In this document: positions 1 to 7,509 of the stretch, in pieces
Position numbering within the stretch: position 1 is the first letter of the stretch
Layout: the number at the start of each line of letters is the position of its first letter
Translations under genes and position numbers: made by a program
Source: a virus
DNA length: 64,000 nucleotides
Virus record (IMG/VR): IMGVR_UViG_3300025151_000001
Span: 1 to 64,000 of that record
Reading direction: 5' to 3' (one strand)
Notes under the pieces: model-generated
What the model saw: the letters and a program-made list of their open reading frames with translations, nothing else
Database searches by the model: none
What the model was told of the DNA's origin: nothing

Positions 1-374
1 ACTTTAATTTCAATCGTATCTTTTGGAATTCCAAGTGTTACGAATTCCGCTTTGTATTTCTTTCTAATGTATTCTTGGATTTGTTCTTCACTCATACCAG
101 ACTTTACCAACTTTTCAATCTTAACGTTTATGTATGGGATTGAAATTTCATAATGGCCCCGATTCGGTGAAGGTTGACCTCTAGCATTCGCTTGAGTATC
201 TTCTCGCATTAAATTTTTTAATTTTTGGTCCATATTTTGAATCAAATGTGTATCAAGTTCTCTAAGAGCCCTTTCTTTTTCCATCTTAACGTTTTCACGA
301 CTTTCTCTAGCCATTTGTCTGCCTGCCCTTCGTGTTCCAAAAGGAGCCTTTCTTAGTTCATCTTTCCAACTCAT
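1..374 (-). CDS. Hypothetical protein, 3' end outside the window; N-terminus MSWKDELRK
   Basis: Manual translation from ATG at 374 is open to position 1; AGGTGA Shine-Dalgarno upstream. Absent from the ORF track because it has no stop in the window. Confidence 0.8.
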   Translation of the reverse strand, partial: MSWKDELRKAPFGTRRAGRQMARESRENVKMEKERALRELDTHLIQNMDQKLKNLMREDTQANARGQPSPNRGHYEISIPYINVKIEKLVKSGMSEEQIQEYIRKKYKAEFVTLGIPKDTIEIK

Positions 375-588
375 ATTTTTCACCTGTTTTGTGTGTGTTT
401 AAGACCTTAATTTTCTCAAAAAATGGCCCGGAATTTTTTTGGCACTTGCGCCCATTTTTTAACTTTAATTTATGTATTTCCAGTTTAAAAACATACGCGA
501 TTTTTCGTTAAGTTTGCAATTTGAATGTTTAATTGTTAAGGGCGCGCCGTTTATGTTTTAATGTTGAAGTTGTAACTTTAAGTTTGAA

Positions 589-810
589 TCATTCAAATTG
601 CAACGTTGTTTGCACGGTCTTAGGACTCATGTAATCTAGTAATTGGCTTTTTACGGCAGTAAGTTTCTTTTGAATCTCCTTAACTAATGCGCGAGTCTCG
701 GGAGTAAGTTGATTAGATTTGGCTTCATTACCTTTAACATCAGCCAATAATGACTCAATGGACGCAACTACAGAAGTAAGTGCATCTTTAACTGACTGTT
801 CAGAAGCCAT
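589..810 (-). CDS. Small helical hypothetical protein
   Basis: ORF track 589..846; likely start MASEQ after GAGGG; amphipathic helical pattern. Confidence 0.6.
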   Translation of the reverse strand: MASEQSVKDALTSVVASIESLLADVKGNEAKSNQLTPETRALVKEIQKKLTAVKSQLLDYMSPKTVQTTLQFE

Positions 811-1020
811 GTAACCCTCTCGGATTAGCCTAGTCTTGTCTAGCATATAATGATGTCGCTTGGCTAAGTTTTTGCCCCGAAATAGCGCGTTTAACTCACG
901 AAGTTGACGTTAAATCGTTCAATTTGCAAAGTTAAAATAAAAATAAAATTTGGAACAAAGCCATATGGTTGTAGGGCTTTGTATCTAGAATCCCATAAAT
1001 GCAAATTGTGTGATTCTGGT

Positions 1021-1290
1021 ATGAAGCAAGAAACATCCTGCTATGATTGTGGAACTGAGATGGATATTGAGATGAATGGTCGAATCGTTGATATCGAAGA
1101 CGTGATGATTCTGTGCGCCGATTGCGACCACTACCGCGAAATCCAGAAGGAGAGAAATAAGGCTCAATGGAAGAAGCATCTTCTCGAACTCGGAAAGAAT
1201 GTGGTTGAGTTGTGGGATGCAGCAGGCGAACCTGAAAACGCAGACGTTTTCCTCAAGGCCAACAACCTCACCCGTGAAGATTTGGTTTGA
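1021..1290 (+). CDS. Small Zn-finger protein (CxxC...CxxC)
   Basis: CYDCG and CADCD motifs; start chosen from promoter spacing; followed by a hairpin. Confidence 0.7.
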   Translation: MKQETSCYDCGTEMDIEMNGRIVDIEDVMILCADCDHYREIQKERNKAQWKKHLLELGKNVVELWDAAGEPENADVFLKANNLTREDLV

Positions 1291-1312
1291 CGGCCCAAAA
1301 CAACGCAACTCG

Positions 1313-1360
1313 GTCCCTGCCCTCAATCCTTCGGGATTGGGGGTGGGGTTTTCATTTTTA
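1313..1360 (+). terminator. GC-rich hairpin plus T-run closing cassette 1
   Basis: CCCTGCCCTCAATCC-TTCG-GGATTGGGGGTGGGG followed by TTTTCATTTTT. Confidence 0.7.
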
Positions 1361-1471
1361 TTCAAACCATATGGTTTAGTCTTTGAATTGTGAAACAATA
1401 AACCCTAAACTACCTATCCTGACGAATTCTATCGTCTCCGGGGTGGAGAATAGCCAACAAAGGTGAAAAAC

Positions 1472-1954
1472 ATGAACACAGAAAAGTATGAAATGAATCT
1501 GAATAAGATTCGTGAATGGATGAAGATGAACGATGCGGGTTCATTGGGTGTTGTGCTTGAAGCACAAATCGCCCTTCCCGTTGAAAACGATGATGACCGC
1601 GTTCGGGTTTGGACGGCTATTCGCGCTATTGCGAAGATGCTCCCAAATTCGCCAATTCGCCCCGGTGCCGCTTCCAAGTATAGCCCCGAGGTTCAAGCGA
1701 CTTTGGACTCTATTGCGAATGGTGTCCGAACTGCTGCGCGTAACTACTTCAAGGCGGGTATGCATAATCTTTTGCGAATGCACGGAAAGTCTGGTGGCGG
1801 CCTTTATGCCGATGCTGATGAATTCGGTGATGCAGAAGCAAAGAAGGTCGTTAACGACCTTAAGCGCCGAATGCGCGAAGGTATCTGGGATGGAACCATT
1901 CCGGGTCTTGATACGCAAACCTTCCCCGTTCTGGAGGTGAACGAAGAAGAGTGA
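1472..1954 (+). CDS. Hypothetical protein, paralog family A copy 1
   Basis: GGTGA SD; shares NDAG..VVL.AQ, W.AIRAIAKMLPN..IRPG, HGK.GG.YA.A and G.W.G with 3815-4330. Confidence 0.85.
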   Translation: MNTEKYEMNLNKIREWMKMNDAGSLGVVLEAQIALPVENDDDRVRVWTAIRAIAKMLPNSPIRPGAASKYSPEVQATLDSIANGVRTAARNYFKAGMHNLLRMHGKSGGGLYADADEFGDAEAKKVVNDLKRRMREGIWDGTIPGLDTQTFPVLEVNEEE

Positions 1955-2095
1955 ATCGTGGCGGATTCCACCCCGGGGGCCCCTTTAGCAGATAATGCTA
2001 TTGGGGTTCCCGTTTCACGGGCAAAGGCCGAACCATATGGTATGTTCTTTGGTTACTTGTTCATACCCTAAAACGTCATTATGTAGGGATTTATC

Positions 2096-2332
2096 ATGGT
2101 TTTATGTAACTGTGCAGAGTGTTTGAAAGAATTTTACGCTGAAGGTGCTGACGCTTATACTGATACACATGGCTTGGACCACCATCCAAGGTGTAATCAT
2201 ATTACGCAGAAGAATTTCAGCGTGATTAGCGACTACATTGAAGTTGACTATTATGGGACCGTTGAAAAAGTTATTCTGTGGCAGGGCTATAATTGCACCT
2301 GTGAAGAAGAATACGACAAGGACGAATCCTGA
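2096..2332 (+). CDS. Small Cys/His-rich acidic protein
   Basis: CNCAEC, HHPRC, CTC; fills one cassette. Confidence 0.7.
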   Translation: MVLCNCAECLKEFYAEGADAYTDTHGLDHHPRCNHITQKNFSVISDYIEVDYYGTVEKVILWQGYNCTCEEEYDKDES

Positions 2333-2461
2333 AAAAGCCCAAAAAACCCTGTATTGGGTTTTTCCTCCTCGTTGGGGTTTTTTCCTCAAAGATAGAACCA
2401 TATGGTTGCTATGCTTTGTCGCTTGTAGCAACCCTATCTACTGTAATTGCTGCATTTTACC

Positions 2462-2800
2462 ATGTCTAAGAAACAAATCGAATACATTGTCGAAAACACG
2501 CGCTCGCACTCGTCAACCTCGTTTGAAACACGGTTTAGAAAACTCTTTTCGGAAAGCAGGTCTGATTCTGCGTTCTCGATGGCCCTTGAGAAGAAGACCG
2601 AGGAAGAAATCAGTATGATTGAGAGCGCGATTGTTGCTTATGTGAGTTTAGAAAAAAAACTGAGGGACACTAAGAGGCAGTTGAACAAAGCGAGTGACGA
2701 CTACATGAAACTTCACAATGAAGCGAGGCGAAACAGGAAAACCCTTGATTCGCTCAACTTCATGTTTCATCAACTACACCAAGTAGGCGACGAATACTGA
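2462..2800 (+). CDS. Coiled-coil hypothetical protein
   Basis: Fills one cassette; heptad-like C-terminal half. Confidence 0.7.
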   Translation: MSKKQIEYIVENTRSHSSTSFETRFRKLFSESRSDSAFSMALEKKTEEEISMIESAIVAYVSLEKKLRDTKRQLNKASDDYMKLHNEARRNRKTLDSLNFMFHQLHQVGDEY

Positions 2801-2918
2801 ACAAACCCGCACGGGTGGCCGAACCTCGGGGGTCTGCGGACCTCCGGGGTTCCTTTCGTCAGACCAAAGTGACTCGAACCATATGGTTGCTGACTTTGGA
2901 TTAAACCCCAAATTTATT

Positions 2919-3209
2919 AAAAATGGGGGTGGTGAGCCGGACTGAATACCGACATGAATGAAGCAGTTTAGGTCCGCTTTGACCGTTGCTCTCCTAGTTC
3001 CTTGGTCTAGAAGCCATTCAATCACATTCACCGACGAATCCGCTAAGAAACGCGCCCTTTTGGGGTCTTACCACGGCATAAATCCACAAGTGCGCCACGC
3101 ATTCACGCATCTTCACTATAGAATTCTGGCCCGCTAAAGCCGAATGTGTCCCTTAACCCCGAGCAGGGGTTATTCGGGCATCACCTGTGCCGGTGGCCGC
3201 CGACACAGT
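2919..3209 (-). ncRNA. Candidate structured ncRNA (~290 nt) in an inverted cassette
   Basis: No credible ORF; several helices; stems pair fully (with G-U) only on the minus strand; promoter-like ACCTC ~27 nt upstream; ends in a T-run. Confidence 0.55.
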
Positions 3210-3314
3210 AATATTGCCACAAAAGGATATGTTTGAGGTTATAACAAAGCCGAACCATATGGTATGGCCTTTGAATGTAATATACCCCTATCAAATGGAA
3301 TAGATGTGTTTTAG

Positions 3315-3690
3315 TGGAGCATGGGGGACAATGACCCCACCACCCGGAAACTCAGCATTGACTCGCTGAAGGGATTCCGGTAAAACGTCGCTGACCGCGT
3401 GAAAGTCTGTAACTGAGCAATCACACATTGTTGCTCCCGTAGCATCCTCAATCAATACGGTAAAAATTTGGTGGGGTAGGTGAAGCGTAAGCGAGTATAG
3501 GCGATTTGAACACTTTGGACAGAAGGTCGAAGGCCGATAATCCTCATTGTTAGAAAAGCCAAAAAACGCCTCATAGTGGTCCTGTAAGCCGCAGCCCTAA
3601 TATAATTGTATTGCAATAGAAAAATGAATCATGATTCAATGCTACCTCTGGGGCGGTTCATTCATCAATGGACCTCGGGGTAGTAATTTC
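3315..3690 (+). ncRNA. Candidate large structured ncRNA (~300-370 nt)
   Basis: Nested helices 3334-3342/3469-3477, 3344-3349/3375-3380, 3352-3356/3365-3369, 3415-3420/3431-3436, 3437-3441/3456-3460, 3499-3503/3567-3571; no ORF of 60 aa or more. Confidence 0.6.
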
Positions 3691-3814
3691 ATTCAAAGGC
3701 TACTACCATATGGTTTGTGCTTTGTAAGTGTAACGCAAACCCCATATGTAATTGGTTGAATGCATTTTACTGTCTAAGGGGGACAACCAAAGGACACACA
3801 TCGGAGAGATTAAC

Positions 3815-4330
3815 ATGACCGAAAAAGACGAAAACTATTGGAACGAAAAAACGCAAACGATTGATGCGTGGATGGAACACAACGACGCCGGAGCGATGGC
3901 GGTTGTTCTTAACGCACAGAATGACCTTTTGAAGCAGAATGTTGGAAATCCTACGGAAGCGGACCAGATTTGGGCCGCGATTCGTGCGATTGCCAAGATG
4001 CTTCCAAACACTTTCATTCGCCCCGGACGCCAACCGGGCTTGAGTCCAGAACTTCAAGCATCTGTGGATTCTGTGGCGCATTGTGTCGAAACTGCCTATG
4101 CGGAATTCTATGAGGCCCATTGGGAACTTCTGTCCGCTATCGTCCTTCCTCACGGAAAGACCGGTGGTCACTACGCAAACGCTCAGGATGCGGCTTCATA
4201 CATGAATGGCCGCACCACGCGCATCCTGAAGGAAGCCATGAAGGATGGCCGTTGGGAAGGCAAGTCGGAAGACGGAATGCCTATCGAATTGGCTGCTCCC
4301 CCAATGCCGGAGGTGGCAGAAGAGGAGTGA
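3815..4330 (+). CDS. Hypothetical protein, paralog family A copy 2
   Basis: Clear similarity to 1472-1954; GGAGAG SD. Confidence 0.85.
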   Translation: MTEKDENYWNEKTQTIDAWMEHNDAGAMAVVLNAQNDLLKQNVGNPTEADQIWAAIRAIAKMLPNTFIRPGRQPGLSPELQASVDSVAHCVETAYAEFYEAHWELLSAIVLPHGKTGGHYANAQDAASYMNGRTTRILKEAMKDGRWEGKSEDGMPIELAAPPMPEVAEEE

Positions 4331-4459
4331 ATTGTCTAAGGAAGTCCCCCTTAGGCCCCTTTGTTCGCCTTTGGGCGTTCAAGTGGGGTTAGTGCAAAGC
4401 AAACCATATGGTAGTAACTTGCGGATTAGCGGGCTACCCCGACTAACCCCCCTTTTGGG

Positions 4460-4597
4460 TCAGCAACGCGTTCCTCTACACCACCTTTCCTCATCTGCTC
4501 GCTTTTCACACCCATACATCGAAATCACACCATCACAGGTATAGCACCTCTGAATGCCTTTTCCACAGTTTTCTTGATTACAGCACTTTTTCGCCAT
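4460..4597 (-). CDS. 45-aa Cys-rich microprotein MAKKCCNQENCGKGIQRCYTCDGVISMYGCEKRADEERWCRGTRC
   Basis: Manual translation; 8 Cys; ACCTTAAG box ~27 nt upstream on the minus strand. Confidence 0.65.
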   Translation of the reverse strand: MAKKCCNQENCGKGIQRCYTCDGVISMYGCEKRADEERWCRGTRC

Positions 4598-4734
4598 GTT
4601 TAGACGTTAGGTCACTAATACTTAAGGTTGTTCCTTAATTCCTTAATTACGTCTTTGACTCTAATTAAGACTCAACCATATGGTAGTAGGCTTTGTTTTA
4701 CTACCCCCATGAATAGCGTCAAAAACCGATTAAC

Positions 4735-4929
4735 ATGAAGATGGAGAGGTTCGAATTGGCTATGAAGCACCTTTTGAAAATGCATGAGAAGGTCATTGAT
4801 GATGCTATCCAACACCATGCCGTGAATAAGTCCTTCACAACGTATGCAAGCGTTGAGGCCCTTATCGCTCAAACTAAAGAAGATGCGGCCTTTGTTCTGA
4901 TGCACGGCAATATTGACGAGGAAGAGTGA
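4735..4929 (+). CDS. Small hypothetical protein
   Basis: ORF track; start matches promoter spacing. Confidence 0.7.
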   Translation: MKMERFELAMKHLLKMHEKVIDDAIQHHAVNKSFTTYASVEALIAQTKEDAAFVLMHGNIDEEE

Positions 4930-4933
4930 TAAA

Positions 4934-5170
4934 ATGAAGCAAGAAGAATCCGTTAGATTTGCTGAAGCCTTTGGATATAAACTGTATCAAGATGGCCTTC
5001 TGCCGCCTTTTGAAGAAAAGGGCATCTATGCAGCAATTGAAGCATTCTGTGGAGCGTGCATGGAAAACAACAACCGCTTCGATGAGGTGCTTTTCTTAGA
5101 AAAAGTGCATGAATTCCGTAACAAATTGATTCAAGAAGATTTGGATAATCATTACAGAGAAGAGGAGTGA
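4934..5170 (+). CDS. Small hypothetical protein, paralog family B (FAE.F...AFC.AC...N.RFDE)
   Basis: Similar to 5468-5668 and 11881-12072. Confidence 0.75.
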   Translation: MKQEESVRFAEAFGYKLYQDGLLPPFEEKGIYAAIEAFCGACMENNNRFDEVLFLEKVHEFRNKLIQEDLDNHYREEE

Positions 5171-5291
5171 AAAGTTAAAAACCCGATGACCCACCCTTAG
5201 GGGTGGCGAGGTCTTAAAATCAAAGTAAGACCATATGGTAGCAGGGCTTTGTTTCTGACTACCCTATCAAATGAGTTTGATTAACATTAAC

Positions 5292-5471
5292 ATGGCAACA
5301 GATTGGACACCTACGAATGTGCTTGAAGGATGGGAAGAGGTTTGGGTCACTTTCCACAGCGAAGAATTGAACAAAGATGTGACCATTGAGGTATGCTCCG
5401 TTGAAGACCTCATTTATCGCATCATTGGCGATTCTTCAGAAGTCGCGGCACGAATTGCAGAGGAGGAATGA
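5292..5471 (+). CDS. Small acidic hypothetical protein
   Basis: ORF track; start MATDW chosen from promoter spacing. Confidence 0.7.
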   Translation: MATDWTPTNVLEGWEEVWVTFHSEELNKDVTIEVCSVEDLIYRIIGDSSEVAARIAEEE

Positions 5472-5668
5472 ATATGGGAATGACCAGAAAGCACTTTATC
5501 ATCTTTGCAGAAGAATTTTCTAAGTTGAAGAACCGGATGGAAACGTCTTCCTATGGTTTGGAGCCTTGGACGGTATATTCTGAAATGCTCGTCGCTTTTT
5601 GCAACGCTGCAAGTGAAGTTAACGATCGATTCGACGAAGAACGGTTCATTGAGGCGGTGAATGAATAA
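5468..5668 (+). CDS. Small hypothetical protein, paralog family B (MTRKHF...NDRFDEERF)
   Basis: ATGA overlap with upstream gene; paralog similarity. Confidence 0.75.
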   Translation: MNMGMTRKHFIIFAEEFSKLKNRMETSSYGLEPWTVYSEMLVAFCNAASEVNDRFDEERFIEAVNE

Positions 5669-5808
5669 ATCAATAAGAAAACCAAAAAATAACCCTTCAA
5701 GGGTTGTTTTTCCTTCTATGTGGGGTTTTATTTTTCAAAGTCACATATTACCATATGGTAGTATGCTTTGTTTTCTACCCCATGAATAAAACCAAAAAGA
5801 AGTAAGTG

Positions 5809-5976
5809 ATGAACATCAAGAGGTTTCAAAAACTGAGGCATGAATACTTGGAAAAATATTTGCATTGTTCTCTTTCGTGGGAAATGGAATTCACATTTGA
5901 ACAGTTCCTTCTATTGGAACTTGAGGCCTATGTAGCCCTATTTCATAACCTTAAAGCCGAGGAGGAAGAAGAATGA
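5809..5976 (+). CDS. 55-aa hypothetical protein (MNIKRFQ...KAEEEEE)
   Basis: Manual translation; promoter spacing. Confidence 0.65.
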   Translation: MNIKRFQKLRHEYLEKYLHCSLSWEMEFTFEQFLLLELEAYVALFHNLKAEEEEE

Positions 5977-6140
5977 CCACGAAACAAAACGAACTTCTGA
6001 AAGAGATTAAAATGCTCAAGCGAGCAATCCGAAACATTGGGCATACGCCCGAAACGGAGAAAATCATTCAGGCACATAACCTTCTGGTTGAAATGTGCGT
6101 GGAACAATTTGAAGAGTTGAGGAAGGTGGAGTCAAGATGA
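5973..6140 (+). CDS. 55-aa hypothetical protein (MTTKQNE...KVESR)
   Basis: Manual translation; ATGA coupling and GGAGG upstream. Confidence 0.65.
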   Translation: MTTKQNELLKEIKMLKRAIRNIGHTPETEKIIQAHNLLVEMCVEQFEELRKVESR

Positions 6141-6389
6141 TGGAGAGGTTTAAGGAGAAATAAGACCGATGACCCCGGCCCATTTGGGTCGGGCGAGGTC
6201 TTATCACAAAGACAGACCATATGGTTTGAAACACAGAGAAAGAATCAAAATGGCTTAATCCCTACCCTCTCCCTATTATTGAATAGGTAGAAATAATCAT
6301 CCCCTTGATTTCCACACCATTTGTTAGGGTGCTTTCAATTGGAGATATGAGTATGAGTATAATCATATGGTATATACTATAGTTAAGTA

Positions 6390-6905
6390 AATGATGTTTC
6401 TAATCGAGGGCGGGCCTTAGAATAATACAAACATCAAGAAACTGAGGGCTTGTGCAACAGAACCGAGAGAGTTCTATATTATTATATTTTTATCATTATT
6501 ATACTACTACTACTACTACTACTACACACAGAGAGGGAATCACACAGGGAGAGAGAGAAAGACCCCCCCTTAGAAAATTAGAAAAATAGAATCGAAGTTT
6601 TTCTCAAAGGTCTGAAGGGTTTGTGCTGCACAGACCCTCAGAATCTCGATTCAGGCCCCCTTAGAATTTTCTTAGAAGGTTCGGGTGGGAAAAGAGTGCA
6701 TTTTTCAAAAGTTGATTTTCGAGCATTGTTAATGATTGTTTTAAATTTGATTATCTTAGAAAGCAATATAAGAGATTCCCTCCTCAATCCTAAAGTTTCT
6801 TTGCTCTTATGTAACACTTCTAACTAGGTTCTATTGTTAAGTGTGCCCTTCTCAGGGCATTAGACTCACCTTGGTTATTAGAATCTTTAGAAAGATTAGA
6901 AACTT
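6390..6905. repeat. Non-coding repeat-rich region: (TAC)8, GA/CA runs, many TTAGAA/TTCTAA copies
   Basis: (TAC)8 at 6502-6525; TTAGAA clusters near 6417, 6570-6585, 6661-6677, 6757, 6878-6902. Confidence 0.8.
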
Positions 6906-7017
6906 CTGATGTGAACATTCAGAGCGAATCACCTTCATATAGGGTAAAGCCGTCCACGAATTGTCCAAAGCGACCCACCGAAATATGAGGAAGCGGAGGA
7001 CAGGATTAGTGAACAAA

Positions 7018-7509
7018 ATGGATGATATGACTTGGCAAAGCCTAGTAATTGAAGTAAATGAATACCTTGCAGCCGATGACCAACTTGATGCTTCCCTGCG
7101 TCAAGTTGTGGAATTGAACCTGCAAGTAGGAACGAACAACCCAACAGAGCGAGATGCTGCGACAAATGCGTTAAAGGCGCTTTTGAAGGGCCGTGACGGA
7201 ACTCCTTTCCGCCGTGGTCAAAAGTCGTCTGTTCCCGCTGCGGTTCGTGTTGCGATTGACCGTATTGCCGGTGTTGTGGAAGAAGGCGCTTTGGCGTATT
7301 ACAACCACGATGCGGTAATTGCTGCGGTTTCCTTCCAACACGCTCGCTCTGGCGGCGGACTCTATGAGTCTGGTGAGGATTACGCTGTTGCTCAGGCAAA
7401 GCGCGTTAAAACTGCTCTTGGTAAGAAATACAAGGAAGGCGCTTGGGATGGTTCCCTCGAAAGCCTCCTTTCTGCCGAGGACGTTGCCGATTCCGGCGAC
7501 ATGGAGTGA
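7018..7509 (+). CDS. Hypothetical protein, divergent paralog family A copy 3
   Basis: ALKALL...PFRRG...IDRIA...HARSGGGLY...GAWDGS aligns with family A. Confidence 0.8.
   Translation: MDDMTWQSLVIEVNEYLAADDQLDASLRQVVELNLQVGTNNPTERDAATNALKALLKGRDGTPFRRGQKSSVPAAVRVAIDRIAGVVEEGALAYYNHDAVIAAVSFQHARSGGGLYESGEDYAVAQAKRVKTALGKKYKEGAWDGSLESLLSAEDVADSGDME

Larger units (their letters stand above)
991..5781 (+). promoter_or_regulatory. Putative promoter boxes (A/T)CCC(C/T)+AT-rich, ~27 nt upstream of leaderless starts
   Basis: Boxes at ~991, 2065, 2431, 4703, 5261, 5777 precede ATGs at 1021, 2096, 2462, 4735, 5292, 5809 at near-constant distance, as expected for archaeal TATA-to-TSS spacing. Confidence 0.65.
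956..6226. repeat. 12 dispersed copies of a symmetric element CAAAG-N(0-10)-CCATATGGT-N(5-7)-CTTTG-N-ACCC
   Basis: CCATATGG cores at 961, 1367, 2033, 2398, 2879, 3255, 3706, 4404, 4676, 5231, 5751, 6217. All but the first lie between likely genes, and the first is upstream of the likely 1021 start. Most have flanking CAAAG/CTTTG inverted repeats. Confidence 0.95.

Noticed and set aside
2774-3031. 85-aa minus-strand ORF
   Set aside because: It runs across a repeat element and a terminator hairpin, has no matching promoter spacing, and the region is better explained as RNA structure.
5181-5216. Hammerhead ribozyme (CCGATGA resembles CTGATGA)
   Set aside because: Lacks the CUGA and GAAA core; fits a K-turn instead.
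956-6226. CRISPR array interpretation of the CCATATGG repeats
   Set aside because: Intervals are 270-700 bp, variable, and contain genes; the repeat core is only ~9-10 bp; no cas1/cas2.
6621-6827. 68-aa ORF in the repeat region
   Set aside because: Non-ATG start, low-complexity repeat context, no SD.
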